Below are positions 9,198 to 17,901 of a stretch of DNA of 61,331 nucleotides, piece after piece (within the stretch, counting starts at the first letter, position 1; the number at the start of each line of letters is the position of its first letter). The stretch covers positions 1-61,331 of the IMG/VR virus record IMGVR_UViG_3300045988_137383. One strand, written 5' to 3'. Both the position numbers and the translations under genes were made by a program. Source of the DNA: a virus. Below the pieces are notes generated by a model. That model saw nothing but the letters and a program-made list of their open reading frames with translations. It was not told the DNA's origin and did no database searches.

Positions 9198-9330
9198 ATC
9201 ATATATCTTTTCATTCCCGTTTCCTCCGCAAGATAGCCAATCCCGCGGTCATTTCCAAGGCCCGGACTCCGGCCTTTGCTATTTTGCCGATGTCGGCAAA
9301 ATAGCGCGGAACACCGCCCGTGGCCGATTT

Positions 9331-9795
9331 TCAGTTCTTGTGTCCGCTCACGTCCCCGATGTTGGTCGTGTTCCCTCCGCCGTTTCGGGCCAGCTCCCTC
9401 ATGGCGTTGTCTATCGTCCTCTGCTGGCTCTCGGCTATGTCCGTGAGCCGCCGCACCTCCATCTGGCTCTCCGCGAGCATCCTCTGGCAGACGGTCAGCT
9501 GCTCCCTCGTCCTGTCCCTGTCCGCCTTTATCGACATGACGCGCCCCGTCATCGCCTCAAGGCTCAGGCGGCAGAGGTCGCCCTGCGCGTCCGCCGTGTG
9601 GGACGTGCGCTCCACCGCCAGACACAGGGCGGCGGCCATCTCGTTGACTCTCGCCAGCCTGTCCTCGCTGGCCTCCTGTAATTTCCGGGACGCGTCGCCC
9701 CATCTCTCCATGAACACGTTCATCATCTCCGTGAGTTTGCTCTCGTTGGCCGTCATCCCCGTAGGGCCGTCGCCGTCGTCATCATTGTTAGGCAT
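9331..9795 (-). CDS. coiled-coil protein, 154 aa
   Basis: the track ORF (to 10098) overlaps the repressor in another frame; the internal ATG at 9795 (MPNNDDDGDG) leaves a 35-nt gap after the repressor stop. Confidence 0.6.
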   Translation of the reverse strand: MPNNDDDGDGPTGMTANESKLTEMMNVFMERWGDASRKLQEASEDRLARVNEMAAALCLAVERTSHTADAQGDLCRLSLEAMTGRVMSIKADRDRTREQLTVCQRMLAESQMEVRRLTDIAESQQRTIDNAMRELARNGGGNTTNIGDVSGHKN

Positions 9796-9830
9796 GATAA
9801 TCAGTTTTAGCGTTATTTCCTCTCCCCCGG

Positions 9831-10268
9831 TCAGCCTTTGGCCGTGAGGTTCGTTATTATCCCCGTGAGGGTCTCTATTTGCTTGCACAACATCTTGTTT
9901 TGCTCCGCAAGCACTCGATTCTGTTCCTGCAAGGATGTAATCATCTTTGCCATAAAGTCGGCATCGCCCCCTCCGTGAACGGTGACAGGAGAGCCTGTCA
10001 TTCCGCTCACATTTCCTATTGTGGTCATATTGCCTCCAACTGTTGGGATATTTGCTCCTTGCGATATTAGCATATTTCCCTCGCCTGTCAGCAGCCAAAC
10101 TTTATCAACATCGGGAAATACTCTAAGAATAGCCGCAATCTTATCCTCTCCAATTCCCTTTACAATGTTGTTAATGAAGCCGTTAGACAAGCCGCACTTC
10201 CTCTCAAAAGAAGCCCTCGTGAGCCCCTTGATCTCAATTATGGCATCTATTCTATCCTTAATTGACAT
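9831..10268 (-). CDS. XRE-family HTH repressor (CI-like)
   Basis: N-terminal HTH LTRASFERKCGLSNGFINNIVKG, C-terminal coiled coil; divergent from the early operon. Confidence 0.75.
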   Translation of the reverse strand: MSIKDRIDAIIEIKGLTRASFERKCGLSNGFINNIVKGIGEDKIAAILRVFPDVDKVWLLTGEGNMLISQGANIPTVGGNMTTIGNVSGMTGSPVTVHGGGDADFMAKMITSLQEQNRVLAEQNKMLCKQIETLTGIITNLTAKG

Positions 10269-10310
10269 AATTTCAAATCTTTACGGTTTACCTACTCTAA
10301 ATTTTGATAA

Positions 10311-10343
10311 AATTCTAAGAGGAATATTGCTATTCTTAGAATT
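10311..10343. promoter_or_regulatory. operator-like inverted repeat
   Basis: AATTCTAAGA-N13-TCTTAGAATT, perfect 10-bp arms just upstream of the repressor start. Confidence 0.55.
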
Positions 10344-10349
10344 TTACTC

Positions 10350-10357
10350 TACCTTTG
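10350..10357 (+). promoter_or_regulatory. rightward -7 promoter box
   Basis: TACCTTTG matches TAnnTTTG. Confidence 0.4.
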
Positions 10358-10364
10358 TCCTCGG

Positions 10365-10900
10365 AAGTTGAAAACAAAGCCGCCTTCCCCGTAATCACTA
10401 CGGAGCGACCCTTACAAGGGGTATCAAAGCGACGCTCCAAAGATACGCAAAAGGTTTGGAACAAACAAGCAATTTCCGAGGCCGAGCCTGACGGCCTATT
10501 CTCAGGCCTCCGTGTGGGGTGGGGTGATGGAATCCGGGTTCGAGATTCCACGGAAAAGCCCCCGGACGGCGGATGAGTCCGCCAGTCTCACGTATAAACC
10601 CGGCGCGCCCTCCGTCGTATAGGGATGGATGCCTCCGAAAGGAGGCTTACGAGAGGGAAGCGGGACCTGGCCGCGCATCCGTGAAAATACCACGAATGCG
10701 AGAAGAGAATCCAGGACTGTAACACGGCCAACGGGCGTTCCAAGCCGCCGGGGAGAACGTGGAGGACAGAGACCGACCGCAGGGATGCGGCGGGGAGACG
10801 CGGGGGAGGGACTTTCTTCATAGTCATCGCAGAGAACTTGTTTTATAGAAATTCCATGAATATTTTCAAGGCACACATCACCCTCCCCGCGCGCTCCCCT
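10365..10900 (+). ncRNA. candidate long structured leader or ncRNA (strand inferred from the promoter box)
   Basis: no credible ORF; many perfect hairpins, including GCCTCC-GAAA-GGAGGC at 10631-10646 and GGCGGA-TGAG-TCCGCC at 10568-10583. Confidence 0.35.
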
Positions 10901-10929
10901 TATATCAGGAACCAAAATCAAGGAAAGAT

Positions 10930-11214
10930 ATGGAGCAAAGGAAATTCAGCGAGAGGGACTTCCCCGCACTCGTGGAGGCGAGGAGGTACACGGAACTGCT
11001 CCGGTCGATGGAGGCCGGAAGGGACGCGCTGCTGGCCTTCCCCGACGGGAGGTCGCTCGACTCGTTCAGGCAGACCGCCTACAGGGAGAACATGAGGGGC
11101 GACGGCCCCGTCTGCTACAAGCTGAAAATCAGCTGGTCGCAGAGGGTCATCAACGTCAAACCGGTCACAAGAGAGGAATATGAGCGGGAGAAGAGATCTG
11201 GCCTCGATACTTGA
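10930..11214 (+). CDS. hypothetical protein, 94 aa (first early gene)
   Basis: ATG ORF, GC3-rich. Confidence 0.7.
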   Translation: MEQRKFSERDFPALVEARRYTELLRSMEAGRDALLAFPDGRSLDSFRQTAYRENMRGDGPVCYKLKISWSQRVINVKPVTREEYEREKRSGLDT

Positions 11215-11437
11215 GGACATCGCCTCGGAGCTGAGGCGCGCCAACGACCTCGCCGAGGAGCGGATGAGGGACTCCGCGAAGGACGTCCTCTACACCCCGT
11301 CCGAGGCGGCGGAGTACATGGGCAAGACGGTCAGGACACTGGAAAACTACGTGTCCAAGGGCTTCCTCCATAAGGTGATACGCGGAGGCCGTCGGGGTTA
11401 CCTCAAGTCCGAGATGGACAGGGTGATAGGATGCTGA
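11180..11437 (+). CDS. excisionase/MerR-type HTH DNA-binding protein
   Basis: LYTPSEAAEYMGKTVRTLENYVSKGFL resembles the HTH_17 / Xis fold. Confidence 0.6.
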   Translation: MSGRRDLASILEDIASELRRANDLAEERMRDSAKDVLYTPSEAAEYMGKTVRTLENYVSKGFLHKVIRGGRRGYLKSEMDRVIGC

Positions 11438-11557
11438 CAGAGAGACAGGGCGGCGGTGACGCTCCCCTCCACGGTTCAAATACCTTACTACTTTTGCCGG
11501 GGAGGCTTTGATTACGTTTCCGCCTCCCCTTTTTTTTACTGACAATCAAAAAAACAG

Positions 11558-11908
11558 ATGGATATGAACGAGAACAAGAGGCTTTACCGCCGTAAGGACG
11601 GCGCGCTCGCGTCGATGTCCCTTGAGGGCGGCTGCTGGAGGCTCCGCACGGAGGACGGCAGGTTCACGGACTACAGGCTCGACGGCTACGACGAGATCCG
11701 CGACGAGGACGCGGCCAACGAGGAGATGGAGGTCCTCTCCTGCGACTACGCCATAATCAAGAGGCAGATATGGAACCTCGAGGGCAAGGTCAAGGGCGAG
11801 AGGGCGAGGGAGACGATGGCCAAGCGCGACGACGTGCTGGCCTCCCTGTACAAGAGGCTCGACACCGTGCTTTCAAGAATGAAGATGATCATCGAGGTCT
11901 TCTGGTAG
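11558..11908 (+). CDS. hypothetical protein, 116 aa
   Basis: ATG ORF. Confidence 0.7.
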   Translation: MDMNENKRLYRRKDGALASMSLEGGCWRLRTEDGRFTDYRLDGYDEIRDEDAANEEMEVLSCDYAIIKRQIWNLEGKVKGERARETMAKRDDVLASLYKRLDTVLSRMKMIIEVFW

Positions 11909-11929
11909 GCCTCATAAAAAAAGGAGAAT

Positions 11930-12121
11930 ATGAAGAACATGATGATAAACGCCGTTGCCGGGCTGGTCGCCCTGTGCGGCCTGGTCATGCTGGTCGGCGA
12001 CACGCCCGGAGCCAACGCCGCGACATTCGCGGCCGTGAAGATAAGCGGGGGCGCGCTGCTTTACATCGCCTACAAGGTCATGGGCCTTGCCCACCCGGAA
12101 TGGGAGGAGGAAGAGGTATGA
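11930..12121 (+). CDS. small membrane protein, 63 aa
   Basis: two hydrophobic helices. Confidence 0.6.
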   Translation: MKNMMINAVAGLVALCGLVMLVGDTPGANAATFAAVKISGGALLYIAYKVMGLAHPEWEEEEV

Positions 12122-12276
12122 GAGACCGTTTCCACCACTTCCCGGAACCGCTGGAGAGCGAGTTCGACACCGAGGAGGAGTACAACGAGGCGCACGACCT
12201 CTGGGAGAGCGCGGAGTCCGCGTGGGAGGACGAGTACGTCGAGGCGCAGATGGCCAAAAGGCACGAAAACGAATGA
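12118..12276 (+). CDS. small acidic protein, 52 aa
   Basis: ATGA start/stop overlap with the upstream gene; MRDRFHHFPEPLESEFDTEEEY... Confidence 0.45.
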   Translation: MRDRFHHFPEPLESEFDTEEEYNEAHDLWESAESAWEDEYVEAQMAKRHENE

Positions 12277-12297
12277 CAATCTGAAAAACAACTCATA

Positions 12298-13173
12298 ATG
12301 GAAAACAACAGCAACGCAACAGTGCAGGGCAACGTCCCCGCCGTCTCACCGTTGAAGAGGTTCAACCAGGTGATCGTCAACGAGAGCACGCAGAAGTACC
12401 TCACGCAGGTCCTTGGGCGCAAGAAGGACCAGTTCGTCAACAACCTCACCGCGCTGGTGGCCAACGACGCTAACCTCCAGGGCTGCTCGCCGATGTCGCT
12501 CGTCTACGCGGGCATCAAGGCGACCGCCCTCGACTTCCCGCTGGACAACAACCTCGGCTTCGCCTACGTCATCCCCTACAACAACCGCAAGAAGGTCAAC
12601 GGCGCGGACACCGTGGTCAAGGAGGCGCAGCTCCAGTGGGGCTACCGCGCCTTCGTGCAGCTCGCCATCAGGACGGGGCAGTTCAGGACCATCCACGTCA
12701 CCGACGTGAGGGAGGGCGAGATAACGGGCTCAGACCTCCTCACGGGCGAGATGACCTTCCGCATGGCCATGGACAGGCTCTCCAAGGATGTCGTGGGCTA
12801 CGTGGCCTACTTCGAGCTGACGAACGGGTTCCGCAAGTCGCTCTACATGACCGTGGACGAGCTCAGGGCCCACGCGCTCAGGTATTCCAAGACCTATTCC
12901 AGCAAGTACGAGGCCACGAGGAACAGCTCCAAGTGGAGCACGGACTTCGACGCGATGGCGAAGAAGACCGTGCTCAAGCTCCTGCTCAGCAAGTTCGCCC
13001 CGCTCTCGGTGGACATGAGGGAGGCCGTGAGGACGGATCAGGCCGTGTTCGGGGAGCAGGGCGAGCAGGACTACGCCGACGCGCCCGACGAGCAGGAGCA
13101 GGCGGAGGCCGCAGTGGAGGTCCGCAAGGAGGAGATGAGGCAGGCGGAGGCCGCGAGGCCCGAAATGCCGTAG
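12298..13173 (+). CDS. recT: RecT-family single-strand annealing recombinase
   Basis: LGFAYVIPY...QLQWGYRAFVQLAIRTGQF...VREGE is the RecT core signature. Confidence 0.85.
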   Translation: MENNSNATVQGNVPAVSPLKRFNQVIVNESTQKYLTQVLGRKKDQFVNNLTALVANDANLQGCSPMSLVYAGIKATALDFPLDNNLGFAYVIPYNNRKKVNGADTVVKEAQLQWGYRAFVQLAIRTGQFRTIHVTDVREGEITGSDLLTGEMTFRMAMDRLSKDVVGYVAYFELTNGFRKSLYMTVDELRAHALRYSKTYSSKYEATRNSSKWSTDFDAMAKKTVLKLLLSKFAPLSVDMREAVRTDQAVFGEQGEQDYADAPDEQEQAEAAVEVRKEEMRQAEAARPEMP

Positions 13174-13176
13174 CGC

Positions 13177-15195
13177 ATGAACAGGTACGCGGAACTTGAC
13201 AGCGAGGCCCTGAGGGCGCACCTGTCGGGCTATCTCGTTGACGGCTGGAGCTACTCCGGCGTGTCGGCGTTCGCGCGGAACGAGAAGGCCTTCGAGATGC
13301 AGTACGTCTACCGCGAGCGGGACCGCAGGTCGATAAGCTCCGTGGCGGGCAACGCCTACCACGAGGCCCTGAGGGACTTCTTCTCCGGCTGGAGTCCGGG
13401 GGCTGTCCCCGACCCCGTCACACTCACGTCGAGGGCCTACGAGTACCTCGACTCCGTCCCGTCCAACGACTGGAAGGTCACGGACAGGTTCCCGACCGCC
13501 GAGGCCGCGAGGGCGGAGGCCGGGAGGATGGCGAACAACCTCGTGGCCGCCTTCTGCGCGGAGTCCGGGGTGTACACCGACGGGATGGCCGAGGTCCTCT
13601 ACGTGGAGACGAGGTTCGAGGAGTGGGTGACGGTCAACGGGGTTGACATACCCCTTCCGCTCCACGCCGTGATAGACCTCGCCGCGCGGATGGAGGACGG
13701 GCGCGTCGTGCTGATCGACCACAAGTCAGTGTCGGCCTATACCCCGACCGACGAGGTGGCCCTCGTGAGGGGGCAGCAGGCCGTCGCCTACGTCGCCGCA
13801 GTGGAGACGCACGAGCCGTCCCTGAGAATCGCGGAGGCGTGGTTCGTGGAGAACAAGGTGTCCAGGAACAAGGACGGCTCGCCGCAGCTCAGGAAGCAGG
13901 TGGTCATTATGGACGAGGACTCCAGAAGGCTGCACGAGGCCCTCCTCTACGAGCCGCTCAGGCGGATGTGCCAGGCGGTCGGGGACCCCGACTACATCTA
14001 CACCGTCAACACGTCCGACAACTTCGTGGACAGGGCGGCTGTGTACGACTTCTGGGCGAGGACGATGGTGGCCGAGGTGGACGACTTCCCCGGGGTGCCT
14101 GAGGGCAAGCGCGGGCTTGTGGCCAAGAGGCTCAGGAAGATCAGGGACTCCTCCGTGGGGAGCGTGTCCCCGAAGGTTATAACCAAGTTCCGGAAGGAGG
14201 CCGCGTCCTTCATCCGGATGGACTATTCAAACAGTGACATGACAAACGAAGAGAAGATAGAGCACGTCCTCAGGACGCACAACATACAGGTGCGCGTGGC
14301 GCACCACATAGACGGGTTCAGCTGCGACACCTACCTGTGCGAGCTTGCCCAGGGGGTGAGCGTCGCATCCGTCCTTTCGCACAGGATGGACGTGGCCTAC
14401 GCCCTTGACGCGCCGACCGTCCGCATCCCGTCCGACCTCGCCGTCTACGAGGGCAGGTCCTACGTGGCCGTGGAGGTCAACAAGAAGAGGGAGAGGACGC
14501 TCCTCTGGGACGCCGGCGCGCTCAGAGGACACCGCATCCCCCTCGGAGTGGACAACTACGGCCGGACGGTCGTCTGGGACCTCGACAACCACTCTACCCC
14601 GCACCTGCTGGTGTGCGGATCCACAGGCTCCGGCAAGTCGGTCGAGCTCATCAGCATACTGGCCTACGCGAGGGAGGCCGGTGTGGAGGACATCATCATC
14701 TTCGACCCCAAGTACGAGTTCGCCTCTATCGACTGCGGAGGGGCTCAGGTCTACAGCGACGTGTCCGACATCGAGAACGTGCTTGCCGGCCTCGTTGACG
14801 TGATGAACGAGAGGGTGAGGAGCAGGACGAGGAGGCTGACCCTCGTGATCTTCGACGAGTTCGCGGACGCGGTTGACCAGTCGAGGACCCCGAAGCAGCT
14901 CGAAGAAGGAGAGAAGACCCTGATGGACAACCTCAAGATGCTGCTCCAGAAAGGCAGGTCCTGCGGCATGCGCTTCTGCGTCGCCACGCAGAGAGCGTCC
15001 ACCAAGGTCATCACGGGCGACATCAAGGTCAACATCCCGGTGCAGGTCTGCTTCCGCGTCCCGAAGGCCGTGGACAGCAAGGTCGTCCTTGACGAGGAGG
15101 GGGCGCAGTCCCTCGGTGGACAGGGGGACGGACTCATCAAGTCTCCCGAATACCAGGACAGGCTCGTGAGGTTCCAGGGTTACTTCAAATCCTGA
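13177..15195 (+). CDS. fusion of a PD-(D/E)XK nuclease (N-terminus) and an FtsK/SpoIIIE-type DNA translocase ATPase (C-terminus)
   Basis: N-terminus: AVIDLAARMEDGRVVLIDHKS (D...D-x-K). C-terminus: Walker A CGSTGSGKS, Walker B LTLVIFDEFAD, then ATQRAS...VCFRV and LGGQGDGL. Confidence 0.8.
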   Translation: MNRYAELDSEALRAHLSGYLVDGWSYSGVSAFARNEKAFEMQYVYRERDRRSISSVAGNAYHEALRDFFSGWSPGAVPDPVTLTSRAYEYLDSVPSNDWKVTDRFPTAEAARAEAGRMANNLVAAFCAESGVYTDGMAEVLYVETRFEEWVTVNGVDIPLPLHAVIDLAARMEDGRVVLIDHKSVSAYTPTDEVALVRGQQAVAYVAAVETHEPSLRIAEAWFVENKVSRNKDGSPQLRKQVVIMDEDSRRLHEALLYEPLRRMCQAVGDPDYIYTVNTSDNFVDRAAVYDFWARTMVAEVDDFPGVPEGKRGLVAKRLRKIRDSSVGSVSPKVITKFRKEAASFIRMDYSNSDMTNEEKIEHVLRTHNIQVRVAHHIDGFSCDTYLCELAQGVSVASVLSHRMDVAYALDAPTVRIPSDLAVYEGRSYVAVEVNKKRERTLLWDAGALRGHRIPLGVDNYGRTVVWDLDNHSTPHLLVCGSTGSGKSVELISILAYAREAGVEDIIIFDPKYEFASIDCGGAQVYSDVSDIENVLAGLVDVMNERVRSRTRRLTLVIFDEFADAVDQSRTPKQLEEGEKTLMDNLKMLLQKGRSCGMRFCVATQRASTKVITGDIKVNIPVQVCFRVPKAVDSKVVLDEEGAQSLGGQGDGLIKSPEYQDRLVRFQGYFKS

Positions 15196-15197
15196 CC

Positions 15198-15371
15198 ATG
15201 TACGGGATAAGCGACAGGCACAGGAAAGAGATCATGGAGATGCTCTCTTTCCTCGCGGCCCTGGCGGCGAGCGACAGGCGGCTCGCCAATCTTTGCCGAC
15301 GCGCCCGTCTCCTCATCGGTGTTCTCGGGCGTAAGAAGCCGATAACCAAAGACAACGACAACAACATCTGA
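15198..15371 (+). CDS. small hypothetical protein, 57 aa
   Basis: ATG 3 nt after the upstream stop; below the track cutoff. Confidence 0.35.
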   Translation: MYGISDRHRKEIMEMLSFLAALAASDRRLANLCRRARLLIGVLGRKKPITKDNDNNI

Positions 15372-15373
15372 AA

Positions 15374-15526
15374 ATGGATTACAACAGAAAGATAGCGGAG
15401 GAGCTCCGGGCGATAGCCCGCCTCCTCATCGTCGCGATATGCGAGAGCAGCGACAACGACTACGACCCGAAAATGCTGGAGGACTACGCCTACGGGGGTG
15501 ACGACACTTTGAAAACTGACCAATAA
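15374..15526 (+). CDS. small acidic hypothetical protein, 50 aa
   Basis: its TAA stop shares one base with the ATG of the next gene (TAATG). Confidence 0.35.
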   Translation: MDYNRKIAEELRAIARLLIVAICESSDNDYDPKMLEDYAYGGDDTLKTDQ

Positions 15527-16290
15527 TGGAAGATAAGAAACCGTTCATCGTCATCCTCGACTGGATGTATGACCTTGGACTGACATCGAGCGAAGTCCTC
15601 GCCGTTGCGATAATCAACGGCTACACGCAGGACGGGACACACACCTGCCACGTTAGCCTCTCCTACTTCGAGAGGCGATGCTGTCTTAGCAAGCAGGGGG
15701 TGATAGACCTCCTGAAAAGGCTTGAGGCGAAGGGGGTCATCAAGGCGGAGAGGCAGAGCGGGAGGGCGACGGAGTACACCCTCAATGTAAGCGAGGAGGG
15801 GGTCAAGAAACTTGACGGGTCAAGAAACTTGACGGGTCAAGAAACTACTCAAGAGGGGTCAAGTTTCTTTACCCCTCTTTCTTCCCCCCACACCCCCTAT
15901 CTTTCTTCTTATAACAAAGATAAGAAAGAGAAAATCGCGCATACGCGCGAAGGAGCCGCTGGCTCCACCTCCCCCGCCACAGAGAAAGAGGGACAGAACG
16001 AAGCGACACTCTTCGGCACCGAGAAACAGGCATCCGTCGGAGACGGTGCCCCTCAAAGCCAAGGAAAGAAAAAAAGGCAAAAGTCCTGCGCCGCGCCGTT
16101 CGTCCCGCCGACCCTCGCCGAGGTCAGGGACTACATCGAGAACGTGAGGAGGTCGCCGATAGACCCGGTGGCATTCTTCGCCCACTACGAGAACAACGAC
16201 TGGCGGCTGAGCAGCGGCAGGAGGATGAAGGACTGGAGGCTGGCCGTGGTCACATGGGAGAGGAGGGACAGGAATGGCTGGAGCAGGTGA
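15526..16290 (+). CDS. replication initiator / replisome organiser (wHTH N-terminus, DnaD-like C-terminus)
   Basis: wHTH-like LSKQGVIDLLKRLEAKGVI; sits directly upstream of and overlapping the DnaB helicase gene; contains iterons. Confidence 0.65.
   Translation: MEDKKPFIVILDWMYDLGLTSSEVLAVAIINGYTQDGTHTCHVSLSYFERRCCLSKQGVIDLLKRLEAKGVIKAERQSGRATEYTLNVSEEGVKKLDGSRNLTGQETTQEGSSFFTPLSSPHTPYLSSYNKDKKEKIAHTREGAAGSTSPATEKEGQNEATLFGTEKQASVGDGAPQSQGKKKRQKSCAAPFVPPTLAEVRDYIENVRRSPIDPVAFFAHYENNDWRLSSGRRMKDWRLAVVTWERRDRNGWSR
15800..15870. repeat. iterons (putative origin of replication) inside the initiator gene
   Basis: GGGTCAAGAAACTTGAC x2, GGGTCAAGAAACTACTC, GGGTCAAGTTTCTTT; each core GTCAAG-AAA-CTTGAC is palindromic; followed by a pyrimidine tract and an AT-rich inverted repeat up to about 15940. 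Confidence 0.7.
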
Positions 16291-17665
16291 CAGTTTCCCG
16301 AGGCTCTCCGACGAGAGGATCGAGGCCTTGCTGGTGTGGGACATCCTCGCCAGCCCAGAGGTCATAGACGAGGCCCGCAGGGTCGCCCGCCCCGACATGT
16401 TCACCAACAGGCATCTGAGGGAGGCGTTCGGGGCCGTGTGCTCAAGGTGGGACTCCGGCGAGCCGGTGGACGCCTCCGTCCTGATGTCCGTGGCGGACTC
16501 CGACGCTGTCAGGCTGCTTGCGGCCCACACGGGGAGCGGCGGCGGCATCGTGGAGACGCTGAACCACGCGAGGCTGCTGAGGCAGATTTGGGTGGCGCGG
16601 ATGGCTTGGAACTTCGGCGACCGCCTGATGCGCTCCGCCTCCGAGGTGTCGATGATGCCCGAGGGGGTGATGTCCGAGGCGAGGGCGTTCTGCGAGACGC
16701 TGGAGTCGGCGTGCGGCGCAGCCTCGGAGAGGACGATAGCCCAGGCCGCGGACGAGCTGGCGGGGTCGCTCAGGCAGACGTATGAGACGAGGGCCCGCGG
16801 AGGCCTGACCGCCGTGCCCACGTTCATCCCCACCATCGACGGGTGGTTCCTCGGCGGATGCAAGGGGGGAGACCTGATCACGCTGGCGGCGAGGCCGGGT
16901 ATAGGCAAGACATCGCTGATGCTGGCGATGCTGGCGAGGCAGACGGAGGCTGGCATCCCCGGCAAGATCTGGTCCCTGGAGATGGGGCACAGGGAGCTGG
17001 CCAAGAAGGTAATGTACGCCCTCGGGGGGCTGAGGCCGGGCGAGAGCCTGACGGGGCGCGTCGACTGGGACGGGGCGTGGAGGGAGGCGCGGGCGAGGCT
17101 CGAACACTGGGGGCTCTACATCGAGGACCGGACGTTCGGCCTTGACGAGATAGTCTCCGACATCACGGTGAGCAGGCAGCAGGGCAGATGCTCCGTGGCC
17201 TACATCGACTACCTCCAGCTCATCTCCACTCCGGACGGCAGGAACGAGACCGAGGACAGGCGGATAGGGACGATCACGAGGCGGCTGAAGCTGCTGGCCA
17301 AGTCACTGGACATCCCGATCGTGCTTCTCGCGCAGCTCAACCGCGACAACGTGAGGAACGACAGGGACCCGGAGCTGCACGACCTCCGCGGCTCAGGCTC
17401 CATCGAGCAGGACTCCGACAGGGTGGTGTTCCTCTCCCCGAAGACGTCCTACGACGGGGCGCGGCTCGTCAAGGTGATCAACGGCAAGAACCGGGACGGC
17501 GGCCACGCGGGTGAGTCCGTCCTCCTCAGGCCGAACGCCACCTACTCCGAGTTCGAGGAGGTGACGCAGGACGCGCCCGCCTCGATATTCCCCGACACCG
17601 CGAAGACAGAGGCTGAGGAGGAGGGTGAGGTGGCGCACAGGGACCCTTACTTCGACCTCGGTTGA
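16274..17665 (+). CDS. dnaB: DnaB-family replicative helicase
   Basis: Walker A ARPGIGKTS, VAYIDYLQLI, LAQLNRD...LHDLRGSGSIEQDSD. Confidence 0.9.
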   Translation: MAGAGDSFPRLSDERIEALLVWDILASPEVIDEARRVARPDMFTNRHLREAFGAVCSRWDSGEPVDASVLMSVADSDAVRLLAAHTGSGGGIVETLNHARLLRQIWVARMAWNFGDRLMRSASEVSMMPEGVMSEARAFCETLESACGAASERTIAQAADELAGSLRQTYETRARGGLTAVPTFIPTIDGWFLGGCKGGDLITLAARPGIGKTSLMLAMLARQTEAGIPGKIWSLEMGHRELAKKVMYALGGLRPGESLTGRVDWDGAWREARARLEHWGLYIEDRTFGLDEIVSDITVSRQQGRCSVAYIDYLQLISTPDGRNETEDRRIGTITRRLKLLAKSLDIPIVLLAQLNRDNVRNDRDPELHDLRGSGSIEQDSDRVVFLSPKTSYDGARLVKVINGKNRDGGHAGESVLLRPNATYSEFEEVTQDAPASIFPDTAKTEAEEEGEVAHRDPYFDLG

Positions 17666-17901
17666 TGGAGGACAGGGTTTATTCCGAGATCCTCCGCAGG
17701 ACGGAGGAGCGGAGAGGGGCGAACGTCATCCCCCGCCACACGACCCTGCTCGGCCTGAGGCGCTGGGCATATTCCGAGGGCATCCCCGAGGACACACTCC
17801 TCCGGTCGCTCTCGGAGCTCAGGAAGCGGGGGCGGATTGAGGTGGGGAGGACCCTGAATGACTGGTGGATCCGTCCGGTTGAGGAGAGCGAGGAGAAATA
17901 A
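17665..17901 (+). CDS. hypothetical wHTH-like protein, 78 aa
   Basis: its ATG overlaps the dnaB stop (TGATG); the track start 17662 is TTG. Confidence 0.6.
   Translation: MEDRVYSEILRRTEERRGANVIPRHTTLLGLRRWAYSEGIPEDTLLRSLSELRKRGRIEVGRTLNDWWIRPVEESEEK

Noticed and set aside
10529-10549. A tRNA T-arm at GGAATCCGGGTTCGAGATTCC
   Set aside because: The 6-bp stem closes a 9-nt loop rather than a 7-nt T-loop, and there is no adjacent acceptor strand or CCA.
10336-10921. ORFs of 64-139 aa on both strands inside the repressor/early-gene gap
   Set aside because: They overlap each other and have non-ATG or context-less starts. They are Arg/Pro/Gly-rich translations typical of GC-rich non-coding DNA and coincide with stem-loops.
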